From Octopus sinensis (Eukaryota), in the NCBI RefSeq assembly GCF_006345805.1, contig NC_042998.1, forward strand, positions 19,406,001 through 19,470,000: 64,000 nucleotides of DNA, written 5' to 3'. This document shows positions 1-11,690 of the stretch, in pieces. The position numbers were made by a program, and so were the translations under genes. The first letter of the stretch is position 1; each line of letters opens with the position of its first letter. The notes below the pieces were generated by a model, which saw only the letters and a list, made by a program, of their open reading frames with translations, searched no databases and had not been told where the DNA came from.

Positions 1-41
1 AGCGTTATTCTGAACCTCTTAGCTTCCATGCAGAATTATAT

Positions 42-276
42 ACTCCTTTACTCTTTTACTCTTTTACTTGTTTCGGCCATTTGAGTGTGGCCATGCTGGA
101 GCACCGCATTTAGTCGAGCAAATCGACCCCAGGACTTATTCTTTGGAAGCCTAGTACTTATTCTATCGGTTCTCCTATAGTAGAAGACACTTGCCCATGG
201 TGTCACGCAGTGGGACTGAACCCGGAACCATTGTTTCGTAAGCAAGCTACTTAAAATACAGCCACTCCTACACCTA
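42..276 (-). mobile_element. SINE family B copy with internal deletion
   Basis: Head (revcomp taggtgtaggagtggctgt...ggttccgggttcagtccc) and tail (ggtgctccagcatggccac...gaaacaagtaaaagagt) match the copies at 11223, 29701 and 59491; the central microsatellite segment is missing. Confidence 0.85.
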
Positions 277-407
277 TGGAAATATTTAAAGCAAAATAAA
301 GAACTAAAAAAAACATATATCACTTTAATAAGTGTATTGTAATGGAGAATTTAATGATATACAAATTTATCAAAAAACCGAATATTTCACGAAATCTAGA
401 CACATGC

Positions 408-443
<36 letters not shown>

Positions 444-1699
444 TAAGGTACAACCGTTTAAAGTCATGATTACAACCTATACATGCGAATATATACTAAT
501 TTTTCGGAGAACCATGTCAGAATCGAATACGTTAGAACAAAATTAATGACAAAACTTAATCAGAATTTGGGTGCGTGACCATTTTCCTAAAATTGCAGTT
601 GATGTGAGATTTATGCGATTATCGACGACACTGATTTGAATAAAGAGGGGTTTTCAAATATAGCTTATTTATATTCATGACATACCATTAATATATCGTT
701 TATGTGTTGCAGATAATAAAAAAATTGGTTATCAGCAATTAGGATTAGAGTCATATAATATATATACACACATATACGAACAGATATATCTATCTATCAC
801 AATGTATGCATATGTGTAAACCCATATATACGTGCGTGTAGGCCAGTGTGGGTGTTCATGTGTACGCGTATGTATGTATGCATCTATGTAGATATGTAAC
901 TATGTAAATAAGTAACTATGTATTTATATTATACTTAAAGCAGTTACATCAGTGGGACATGATTAAATGCAGAAGATGCTATGAGATATTAATTTTAACA
1001 CACGTATACCATTCCGAAACAGTTACAATTATTAGTAGCACCCTAGAATCGGAAAGGGTCAAGGGGGTTCCGCTTGCTAAATGCGCATTTATGGCTCTTT
1101 CAGTATTATCAATAGCAAGATTCAACTGACAAACGCATGGTAAGACAAAATCAGCCGCTAATGATATAATAACCTACGATCGAAAACTTATCAATTTAGC
1201 CGGTGGTTGAATAAAAATTGGGCATGTTCGATAGAAGCAGTATCGGTTTAATATAACGATCCGTATCACAGGTAGATACACCATTGACATCATAATTAAC
1301 AACTGTATGGACTTGGTTATAGTTTCGCTTATAAAGGTATAGTATTAAAAGCACAGAAATACATCAATTTACTATTTCAAATTAATACTGCAGCGGCGGT
1401 AGCAATGCTTAATGCGTATTTCTTCCTCTACGTGCGAAATATTGCAGCAGATTAAAATCATCCATAAATTGGATGGTTTTAGTCTTCTGGTGATAAATTT
1501 TGTGCGTTTTTAATTTTATAAATTTATAAGAGGTTTTATATATATATATATACATACATACAGACACGCACTCACACACATATATATATATATATAAATA
1601 AATTATGAGAGGTAATGTGTCGTTGAGACCCAAAGGTGTCAGGTAATGCTGAATAAGTACTAAACATAGACCATATATATCATTTTGCCATGAAAAAAT

Positions 1700-1915
1700 G
1701 GATTTACAAATTCAATATCCCTACATATCTCACATCTATTTTCTTTCCTCCACTTCACTCTCTATTTTGTATCACATCTAAATTAACTATTGCTTAACTA
1801 TCCTCTCACACCGTCTCCGATGAAGGGATATAATAAATATAATGGAAACAGCTGTAAAACCATCTATCTATAAATGTTCTAAAATCTACTCAGCCTTGGT
1901 TTTTTATCTCATTAC
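1700..1915 (+). mobile_element. PLE pLTR-like element with decayed hammerhead motif (1812-1862)
   Basis: cgtct-CCGATGA-agg...-GAAAC-AGCT-GTA-aaac; the core has U4C and stems I/II are damaged. Confidence 0.45.
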
Positions 1916-1929
1916 GAAAAAAAAAAACG

Positions 1930-2088
1930 GTGACCGGATAACTGAAGAGATGCCGGCGTGGATTTCCACCTCGGCATCCGAAACTCGGAGTTTTATCATG
2001 GCTACCGAATAATTGTCACATATAACATTTACTGATAAATTCCTCTATTTACATAATATCGAGGTCTCTTTCTTTCTTTTGATGTCTA
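1930..2088 (+). repeat. Dispersed repeat, copy 1 of 2 (copy 2 at 7362-7525), carries an HHR
   Basis: Alignable to 7362-7525 (ggataactgaagag...ccgaaactcggagttttatcatggctacc...ataatatcgaggtctctttc). Confidence 0.85.
1937..1997 (+). ncRNA. Type I hammerhead ribozyme motif
   Basis: Stem I gataa(1937-41)/ttatc(1993-97); CTGAAGA 1942-48; stem II gatgccg/cggcatc; GAAAC 1980-84; tcgga; GTT cleavage triplet 1990-92. Confidence 0.7.
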
Positions 2089-2674
2089 GCATGATCAACG
2101 GTGATGTTCGTCCAGACATAGAACCACTTATAGATGTATAAATTAACTCCGTAAGTGTTTTTTCTTTGAATATTTTACCTTCTTTCAGGAAATTTCCTCT
2201 TCCTTCTTCCTCACGAAGAGCCATGCTCGAAGTATTACACACAGCATCTTTCTTTCCAGCGTAAACTGAAAGGTCACCCTAATACATTCATTGTGCACGT
2301 CCTATGAACTCTCGTTGCTTAGTTTATATGTATACATATATGTGTGTGTAGAGAGAGAAATTTAGTGGTTATTTAAACAAAGTGTTCGTGAATGCTTGAA
2401 GGGTTGGATGTGGTGCAGAAGAATGAGCACTATATCCTGAAATATACGCATACACCCATCACGTATTTTTCTGTTTTTCGTCGTAGCTTTCATTGCTGGC
2501 ATTTATTTCGTTAAAAGTAATCTGTTAGGATAACGTTAAAAAGTAATTGAATCGCGCTACTAACACGAGTAGCACAGAGCATTGACTTCTAAGTCTTTAA
2601 TATACTTGGAAGTATATTTTAACTGCAAAACGATATACGGTGTTTATGACAGGAATTAATAATTACGTAACGAA

Positions 2675-3235
2675 GGCGGCGAGCTGGCAGAAACGTTAGC
2701 ACGCCGGGCGAAATGCTTAGCAGTATTTCGTCTGCCGTTACGTTGTGAGTTCAAATTCCGCCGAGGTCGACTTTGCCTTTTATATTTTCGGGGTCGATAA
2801 ATTAAGTACCAGTTACGCACTGGGGTCGATCTAATCGACTTAATACCTATGCCTGTCCTTGTTTGTCCCCTCTATGCTTAGACCCTTGTGGGTAATAAAT
2901 AAATAAGTATTTCGTCAGCCGTTACGTTCTTAGTTCAAATTCCACCGAGGTCGACTTTGCCTTTCATCCTTTCGGGATCGATACATTACGTACCAGTTGC
3001 ACACTTGGGTCGATGTAACCGACTTAATCCGTTTGTGTGTCCTCTTTGTCCTCCCTGTGTTTAGCCCCTTCTGGGTAGTAAAGCAATAGGTATTCGTCTG
3101 TCTTTACGTCCTGAGTTCAAATTCCGTCGAAATCATCTTTTCGGGATCGATAAATTAAATACCAATTGCGGGGTGTAATCGACTGGCCTTCTTCCCCCAA
3201 ATTTCGGGCTTTGTGCCTAGAGTAGAAAGGAATAT
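2675..3235 (+). mobile_element. SINE family A, head-to-tail trimer (2675-2905, 2906-3088, 3089-3235)
   Basis: tRNA-like A box (tggcagaaacgttag) and B box (gagttcaaattcc); central gcctttcatcctttcggggtcgataa domain present in all three units. Confidence 0.9.
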
Positions 3236-3592
3236 TTACGTACCAGTTTCCAGGAATTTTAAAAAACGTAAACTTGATATAGTCATTTGTGTTACTGCTC
3301 TAGATTTGTTGGCTATTTAAGCAATATGTTCATTAATGGTTAATGGCGTGAGATGGTGATGAAGAAGGACCAATCACTCTTGAAATATGTATATACTCCC
3401 AGAACCAGATTTTCTATCTTTGATCGAATTGTTTACATAAATATATTCGAATAGGAAATTTTCAATCCTGGCCATACTTTCTATAGATAATCTGTAAAGA
3501 TAACATTAAGAGGAATACACACACAGTCACACCAACACTTACATACACACACATATATCAGAACTACCAGTGAACTCATTCTTTTCCTTGTT

Positions 3593-3625
<33 letters not shown>

Positions 3626-3637
3626 ACACACATATAC

Positions 3638-3684
<47 letters not shown>

Positions 3685-4220
3685 TATATATATGTTTCAT
3701 GACAGCCTTTGAAATGTACCGTGAAGGAATTACTTTGTTTTCCACACTTCTTGTAACACCTGCTGCCGAAAATATCAGGTTTTAAAATCATTTCACTGAC
3801 GTAAAATTCCGAAATTTAAATATGTGATATTCTTTCGATTAAAACTATTTTCTCTTCACGTAGTAAATTTTTGCTAAGTATTTTCCACCGATTATTTTCC
3901 TACTCTTTGTAACTTTTCTAGAATTAAACATTTTGTCTTGCACGTTCACTATCTATACAAAGTATTTGCTAAATATTAGCTAAGTTGGCTCTTCAAGTTC
4001 ACTATACACTTAATGTATTTTGGTGTTTTTCTTGTCAGTATTTAGCACTGTATAAAACCTTAATTAATATCCATATATTCGAGCAGAACATTTAATTCTC
4101 CATTTCCTTTCTTCGTTCTTTTTTTATATTTTTCATTTTCTTTACTTCAGTTCGTGTGCATAATTTAAACAAGTTATTGTGTCGGTAAAATGGTCAAATC
4201 AAATACGTAACGTAAAGTAG

Positions 4221-4657
4221 ATGTCATGGGAGAATCCTGAACGCCCCCACGAGACTGAAGGTAGACTAACGGATTGCAATAAATAAGAGTGCGCTGTCAG
4301 TAGGGTAGTTGAGGGTATTAGAGAGGTGATGGAGAGACTATTTAGAGTGAATGAGGAAAAGAGAGAATAAAGAGTTCAAAATAAAGGAAAGAATATACAA
4401 GGAGGAAATGGAGTGTGGTATTACGTGACTTACCAAAAGTGTGTAGAAACAGAAGTTTAATGAAATAGTACGAGTGAAAGTAGCATCATACATATATGCA
4501 GAGGATATGAAGGCGATAGTGATCGAAAAGGAAAATTACAAGAAACTGGAGAGAAATGTGTGGATATAGTATTGAGCCACCAGGAGTGAGGGTGGAATTC
4601 AAATAATTGCCACCAGTAGTGGATCTAATAGGAATTGAACCATTGATGAAGTACTAA
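4221..4657 (+). pseudogene. Disrupted ORF of unknown origin, paralog of 5062-5385
   Basis: MSWENPERPHETEGRLTDCNK*ECAV...IQGGNGVWYYVTYQKCVETE, then frameshift, then FNEIVRVKVASYIYAEDMKAIVIEKENYKKLE; matches the 107-aa ORF. Confidence 0.45.
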
Positions 4658-5061
4658 TAAAAAGAAAATAAGTATGTTAAATTGACAGGAAAAAAAAGAA
4701 AAGAAAAAAGAAAATGGAAAATAAAGAAAAAGGAGGAAAAAAGGGAAAAAAGAAAGAGCCAGGTATTTTATGTTATGTTTTTAAAAAAAATATTGAAAAA
4801 TAGAAGAACAATTGTAGAGGATGTATATAACGGTTCAAATACTTGCAATGGTATGTAACATTATAATTAATTGTTATGTAAAAACATGATAAAAATGTAC
4901 TGTAGTAAACAAAGATTAATGATACTGCATGTGATGAGGGGAGCATGCAGCCATTCATAACATCATTGTTATATACTCATCTCATTCATATTCGTTTTAT
5001 GAATTGTTCCCTCTGTGATGTCCTGTATGTTTGTGTTTGCCTCTCTCTATGTTGAGCCGTT

Positions 5062-5385
5062 GTGGCTAATAAAGAAAGAGGTAGTTTTGGGTATTGTAAA
5101 GAAAAGAAAATACAAGGAAGAAACGGTGTATGGTATTACGTGACCTACCCAAAGGATGTAGAAACCGAGAAGATAGTCAAGTTTAATGAAATAGTAAGAG
5201 TAAAAGTACCATCATACCTATATGCAGAGGATATGAAGGCGATAGTGATCGAAAAAGAAAATTACAAGAAACTGGAAGAAATATGTGGAGATAGTATTGA
5301 CCCACCAGGAGTAAGGGTGGAATTCAACGAATTGCCACTAGTAGTGGATTTAGTAGAAATCGAACCACTAATGAAATATTACTAA
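5062..5385 (+). CDS. 107-aa ORF of unknown function, probably TE- or virus-derived; start lies in a SINE tail
   Basis: High-complexity peptide with no recognised domain; the paralog at 4221-4657 is disrupted. Confidence 0.25.
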   Translation: MANKERGSFGYCKEKKIQGRNGVWYYVTYPKDVETEKIVKFNEIVRVKVPSYLYAEDMKAIVIEKENYKKLEEICGDSIDPPGVRVEFNELPLVVDLVEIEPLMKYY

Positions 5386-5569
5386 AAAGTAAATAAGTAT
5401 GTCAAATCAACAGGAAAATAGGAAAGAAAAAAGAAAAAATGAAGAAAAAAAGGAAAAAGAAAGAGTAAGTGTTTTATGTTATGTTTAATAATATGGGGAA
5501 AATAGAAGAACAATTTTAGAGAACGTACAACGGTTCAAATAATTGTAATGGTAGACGATGATTAATTGT

Positions 5570-5869
5570 GATGTGGATGGAAGCACTCCGTCGGTTACGA
5601 CGACGAGGGTTCCGGTTGATCCGAATCAACGGAACAGCCTGCTCGTGAAATTAACGTGTAAGTGGCTCAGCACTCCACAGACACGTGTACCCTTAACGTA
5701 GTTCTCGGGGATATTCAGTGTGACACAGAGAGTGACAAGTCCGGCCCTTTGAAATACAGGTACAAGAGAAACAGGAAGTAAGAGTGAGAGAAAGTTGTGG
5801 TGAAGAGTACAGCAGGGATCACCACCATCCCCTGCCGGAGCCTCGTGGAACTTTAGGTGTTTTCGCTCA
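5570..5869 (-). mobile_element. Headless SINE family C insertion
   Basis: Shares ccccctgccggagcctc(g/c)tggaactttaggtgttttcgctcaa with 60150-60507; flanked by aattgt at 5564-69 and 5870-75 (candidate TSD); absent from the paralogous unit. Confidence 0.8.
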
Positions 5870-6407
5870 AATTGTTATGTAAATACATGATTAAAAACGG
5901 ACAGTCTAAAAAGATTAATGGTAATGCATGTGATGAGAGGCGTATGCAGCCATTCATAACCCCATTATTGTATAATCATCTCATCATAGTCGTTCTATAT
6001 ATTGTCCCCTCTGTGGTGTCCTGTCCGTCCTTGTTTGTCCCCCTCTATTTTTTGGTCCTTGTGGCTAATAAAGAAACCGAGTAAGGGTGGAATTCAAAAA
6101 ACTTGCCACCTACTGGTCGCAATTCTAATAGAACTTGAACCATTGTGTGTTAAATTGACAGAAAAGAAGAAAAGACGAAAGAAAAAGGAGGAAAAAAAAA
6201 CAAGGGAAAAAGCGAGAGTAAAATGTTTTGTTATGTTTTTAAAAAAATTGGGTAAATAGAACAATGGTAGATAATGCATATAACGGTTGAAATACTTGCA
6301 ATGGTATGTAACATGCTATTTTTATGTAAATACTTGATAATAATGGTCTGTAAAGAAATACGTACAATATATATGTGTATATATATATGTATATATATAC
6401 ACACACA

Positions 6408-7027
6408 AGCACAAGAAAAAACAGGGCTAAGGGTAACAATACAGAAAATAGTGTAAAGAAGTATAAAAAATATGTAATAAGAGTAAAACACGTCTATATA
6501 AGAACATACCCTTATGCACGCACACACACAGGTCTATATACGCTCATACCCGCACACCTCGATATACACACACACACACGCACCCACACGCGTGCCACAA
6601 AAAGTTCTTACACACGTCTATATACGCACATGAACAAGAAAAAAACAAGGGCCAAATGCAAAAATACAGGAAAATGTGTTAAAAAACAGGAAAATATCTA
6701 AGAAAAAAACGGGAAAATGTGCGTGCATGCGAGCATGCGCGTATATAGACGAATTGCATTTAGAGGTGTTTGACTCATTGTTTTTTTACACATTTTCCTG
6801 TATTTTTGCCTTTAGACCTCTTTTTTTCTTGTGCATGTGCGCATATAGACGTGTGTACGAACTTTTTTGTGCGTGTGTGCGTATTCAGACGTGTGCGGGT
6901 ATGCGCGTATATAGACGTTTGTGTGTGCATGTATATGTTCGCATATAGACGTTTTACTCTTATTGCTTATTTTTTTTATACTTCTTTACACTTGTATTGT
7001 TGCCTTAGCCCTGTTTTTTTCCTGCGC
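6408..7027. repeat. Diverged foldback inverted repeat (arms about 6408-6688 and 6779-7027)
   Basis: cagggctaagggtaacaatac vs gtattgttgccttagccctg, and ggaaaatgtgt vs acacattttcc; internal gcg(t/c)atatagacg subrepeats. Confidence 0.8.
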
Positions 7028-7361
7028 ATGTGCGTATATAGACGTGTGCAGAAACCTTTTTGGTGCGCGTGTGTGGGGGTGGGATTGTATATATATTTTT
7101 CTGTCGAATGGTGTGGGTGAGAATGTGTATGTTTCAAGTGAGGGTGGATGAGTGTAAACTTATAGGTGCATGCACATGGGTGGGCAGGCGCGCATGTGTA
7201 GGTACAGACATTTGCGCTTACGCGAATACTATGAACATTTTTACACACTTACTTTTACTCCCTACCCTTACTTAGCGGTCATTCGAATAGCTCTTTTGTC
7301 TTGATAACGGTCAATCACACAGTAGTTTCCCTTTGTATAACGGTCATTTTCATAGCATTTT

Positions 7362-7525
7362 TTCCGATGGCAGGATAACTGAAGAGGTGGCGGCGTAGTT
7401 TTCCACCCCGACATCCGAAACTCGGAGTTTTATCATGGCTACCGGATAATTGTCACATATTAGATTTACAGATAAATTCCTCTATTTCCATAATATCGAG
7501 GTCTCTTTCATTCTTTTGTTGTCTT
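7362..7525 (+). repeat. Dispersed repeat, copy 2 of the 1930-2088 family
   Basis: Direct alignment to 1930-2088. Confidence 0.85.
7374..7434 (+). ncRNA. Type I hammerhead ribozyme motif
   Basis: gataa-CTGAAGA-stem II(ggtggcgg/ccgacatcc, imperfect)-GAAAC-tcgga-GTT-ttatc. Confidence 0.65.
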
Positions 7526-7565
7526 AACTTTTCTATCAATATATATATAAAATATTTCTATAAGA

Positions 7566-7625
<60 letters not shown>

Positions 7626-8457
7626 ATGTGTTTGTGAGTCCACTTCATGTATGGCTCCACACCTATCCCGCTTGCAATATGAAATTTCTGTCGTCGTAAA
7701 CAGAGTATTCTCTAATGATTGATTTTAGTAGGCCTAGTCTATTGGAACAAAAATGCAATGTTGAAAAAGGTTTTTAATCACGTATTTTGGTTGGAGGAAT
7801 GAATGCTTTAGTACAATAGAGTGACTCATTCAGTATTCATATATTGGTGGCGAACACCGTCTCCACACATTCGTGTTATATTCTCCCACCTAGTTATGTG
7901 TCCCCTTAGTTATCAAGTGGTGTGTATTTGGTGATCTCTGCTGAATTGACAAAATTGCTACAAACGTTTTGGTATAATTTACACCTCACGTCATGAAACA
8001 TTTAAAACTTGATTTTATATAAAATAATTGGGAAAAAGGTGACAATTTGCTTCTGATACCCATCTGATACAATAATAAATTAGTGTTCAATAGTGTTTTG
8101 TTCAAACCTAAGTGTAAAACCTATGTTGACCGAAATGCTTATATGTCGAGTGTGTACAAGAAACGCTACCGACTTAAGTCAGGAAAAAATAAAAACGAAT
8201 TTTGTAAGGGTACAGATAAATCAAAACAGCTACCAGTGAACAATAAGACTGGTGTAATTACGTTGGTTTCGCGTGAAGAAAAGATACACACAAAAATATA
8301 TTATTTATATTCGCAAAATGCTCTAATTTTCATACCTCTAGACAATACGAGACACGCACAACATATATATATATAGATATGAGTTTGTGAGCGTGAAGCA
8401 TATATATAAAAGCATACACAAATACTTATATTTACATACATATGCATCATTAAATAT

Positions 8458-8527
<70 letters not shown>

Positions 8528-8810
8528 TGCACGTATATATATATGTATATGTATGTAGATATATATGTATATGTATGTATATATATATATATATATATAT
8601 TATGTGAAATAGAAAGATGAATAATCTTGTAGTAGATTAATCAAAAGTTTAACCGATACCTTAGTAGCAAAAATCACAGCAGTAACAGCACGGTTGGAGG
8701 TACAACCATCTGGCGTTGCAACCGTGCGTTGGTGCGGATAATTGAAATTAAAACATTATTGGTGAATTGAAGAAATGGAGCTGAACGCAGATTGAACAGA
8801 AATCGTTTTA

Positions 8811-8899
8811 TTTCATTCTACACGTGTTTCGAAAGGCACAAATTACCAAAATCCGATTGAATAATGGGACCATATTGTGTCTTTCTCATCAGGAAGAAA
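8811..8899 (-). ncRNA. Mirror hammerhead motif in the left arm
   Basis: Exact reverse complement of 8931-9019. Confidence 0.8.
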
Positions 8900-8930
8900 A
8901 AAGGAAATCCGTTTCCAACGGATTTCCTTT

Positions 8931-9019
8931 TTTCTTCCTGATGAGAAAGACACAATATGGTCCCATTATTCAATCGGATTTTGGTAATTTGTGCCTTTCG
9001 AAACACGTGTAGAATGAAA
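8931..9019 (+). ncRNA. Type I hammerhead ribozyme motif in the right arm of the palindrome
   Basis: Stem I tttcttc/gaa(t)gaaa; CTGATGA 8938-44; stem II gaaag-a-cacaa/ttgtg-c-ctttc; GAAA 9000-03; palindromic cacgtg; GTA triplet 9009-11. Confidence 0.8.
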
Positions 9020-9234
9020 TAAAACGATTTCTGTTCAATCTGCGTTCAGCTCCATTTCTTCAATTCACCAATAATGTTATATATATATATATATATAATG
9101 CATATATATACATATAACACACACATATACACACATATACATATTTGTGTCTATACATATGCAGGAACATATTCGTAAATACCTATAAAGTTTGACACGT
9201 GTGAATATGAACAAATTAAAAATATGTATGTATG

Positions 9235-9267
<33 letters not shown>

Positions 9268-9312
9268 TTGTATATATATATATGTATATACATATACACA
9301 CACATATGCATT

Positions 9313-9362
<50 letters not shown>

Positions 9363-9700
9363 CGAACATGTACGTCCATACATAGATGCATATAAAGTTT
9401 AATACGTATGAATATGAATAAATTAAAAATGACCCTATACGAAGGGTGATAAACGCATATTTATGAATGCATGTTTGAAGGCTTACTCTAAGAGTTGTCG
9501 CTTGAGAATTATAATTTCAATGGTTGGAAAGAGTTTTTTTTATAATCTGTTCAGAAACATTCATAAATGCTTCGCTTTACATCTTGACCTTACTCCCATC
9601 TCTGCTGACATTTCTGAATCAATAGATGATCAAGAAATGCCTGCCAGAATAGTCAAAGAAAACGGAAGGAGAAATAAGACAAAATGCTAAATATTTGACA

Positions 9701-9768
<68 letters not shown>

Positions 9769-9813
9769 AGACACATACACATATATGTGTATATATATCT
9801 CTACATCTATCTA

Positions 9814-9847
<34 letters not shown>

Positions 9848-9869
9848 GCACGGAGATGCAGCACGGATT

Positions 9870-9926
<57 letters not shown>

Positions 9927-9933
9927 GTATATA

Positions 9934-10021
<88 letters not shown>

Positions 10022-10025
<4 letters not shown>

Positions 10026-10140
10026 AAATTGCTAAGATGATCTGGTTCTTGACTGATGACTGAGGGCTTCGAATGTCCCGTCCTGTGGTTCTTGTGTCGT
10101 CTCTGTGGTGTTTCATGTTCTTGTCCATGTCTGTATTTAT
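10022..10140 (+). repeat. (TA)n-associated dispersed repeat (reverse copy within 51455-51870)
   Basis: gccgaaatt...atgatc(t/c)ggttcttgactga(t/a)gactgagggcttcgaatgtcc is shared with the revcomp of about 51520-51592. Confidence 0.75.
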
Positions 10141-10159
10141 TTTTACTGTTTACCTGTTT

Positions 10160-10347
10160 CAGCGGAGCAGAAACGTCAGATGCGTAAAGTCAGAGCCGCC
10201 TGCACAGTAGCACTGCCCCTACCCACTTCTGCCCCACCTGTGGCAGGGGCTTCCTTGCCCGGATTGGCCTCACCAGCCACCTCCGGTCTCATGGCGGCAG
10301 TTCCATCAGATGATGTCAGTTGGTCATCTTCGAACCGAAGGACGAAC
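10160..10347 (+). mobile_element. RTE-clade LINE 3' end
   Basis: Alternate frame gives HFCPTCGRGFLARIGLTSHLRSH (RTE C-terminal Zn finger), followed by the tail ggtcatcttcgaaccgaaggacgaac. Confidence 0.85.
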
Positions 10348-10354
10348 ATTATTA

Positions 10355-10466
<112 letters not shown>

Positions 10467-10654
10467 AAGAAATTTTGCAAAATATTCTTGATACACTTCA
10501 AGGAAGGCGTCACATAATTGCAGATATGTCGAAATATATGATGTAGAAACATTCTTATTGCACTTACCAAATCGTATTTAAACGTCTTTATGTATTGATC
10601 CTAAGCACATACACACTAACATATATTGACACAAGAATATATGAAAATAGGTAC

Positions 10655-10724
<70 letters not shown>

Positions 10725-11222
10725 AACGCATATTCATATATACATACACACAACTCACACACACACATATATATATATATACATACATACATTCATACAG
10801 GCATACATATATGCACGTATATCAGTGGACACATTCGTGCGGTTGATATCTACGCTGATATATAATCATTACAATTTGTGTACATATTACTATACTTCAG
10901 ATTCCCAGCATCACACACCAGTTTGTGCGGTATTTAATCATAAGTCTTTCGATGATATCGTTTTCTCGTGCAATCCAATCCGAAATTATTCAACAGAAAA
11001 TGGTTTTGTTACTATATCGTTTCAATTTTAACCGACTGAGAATTGATACGAGAATGTTATATGATTAATCATTAAGGAACGCTTTTCACGATTGTATATC
11101 TTGTAGTTCTAATTTCTAGTATTTTATTCAGGATAATCTTACTGAAACGGAAAGTAAGTATTCGCCTCTCTATACGATTTCTATGTACTGCGATCTTCAA
11201 GCAATAACATTTACATATCATT

Positions 11223-11430
11223 TAGGCGTAGAAGTGGCTGCGTGGTAAATAGCTTGCTTACCAACCATATGGTTCCGAGTTCAGTCCCACTACGTGGCAT
11301 TTTGGGAAAGTGTCTTCTACTATAGCCTCGGGCAGACCAAAGCCTTGTGAGTAAATTTGGTTGACGGAAACTGAAAGAAGCCCATCGTATATATGTATAT
11401 ATGTGTGTGTGTGTGTATATATATATATAT

Positions 11431-11472
<42 letters not shown>

Positions 11473-11690
11473 TTGTGTATATGTTTGTGTGTCCGTGTTT
11501 GTCTCCCCAACATCGCTTGATAACCGATGCTGGTGTGTTTACGTCCCCGTAACTTAGCGTTTCGGCAAAAAAGACCGATAGAATAAGCACTAGGCTTACA
11601 AAAAATAAGTCCTTGGTTCGATTTGCTCGACTAAAAGGCGATGCTTCAACATGGCCGCAGTCAAGATACTCAAATAAGTAAAAGAGTAAA
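11223..11690 (+). mobile_element. SINE family B, full length, with internal (TA)/(TG) microsatellite
   Basis: taggcgtag head, gagttcagtccc B-box-like motif, gaaactgaaagaagccc, microsatellite, gtaaaagagt tail. Confidence 0.9.

Larger units (their letters stand above)
4390..6340 (+). repeat. Tandem duplication, about 2.5 units (about 4390-5080, 5095-6076, 6077-6340)
   Basis: Collinear diverged units; units 1 and 2 each end in a SINE-A tail (about 5008-5080 and 6003-6076). Confidence 0.85.
8752..9078. repeat. Perfect palindrome, 162-bp arms, 3-nt loop (tcc 8914-16), with a unique leader 8602-8751 and (TA)n on both sides
   Basis: Arms are reverse complements; ORFs 8818-9006(-) and 8824-9012(+) differ by one residue, at the loop. 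Confidence 0.97.

Noticed and set aside
8818-9012. Twin 62-aa ORFs on opposite strands
   Set aside because: A by-product of the palindrome, with no evidence of coding function
10022-10090. ctgatga/ctgaaga with a nearby cgaaa in the 10022/51455 repeat family
   Set aside because: Order and pairing fit no HHR topology I could build (no NUH closure, stem II mismatch)
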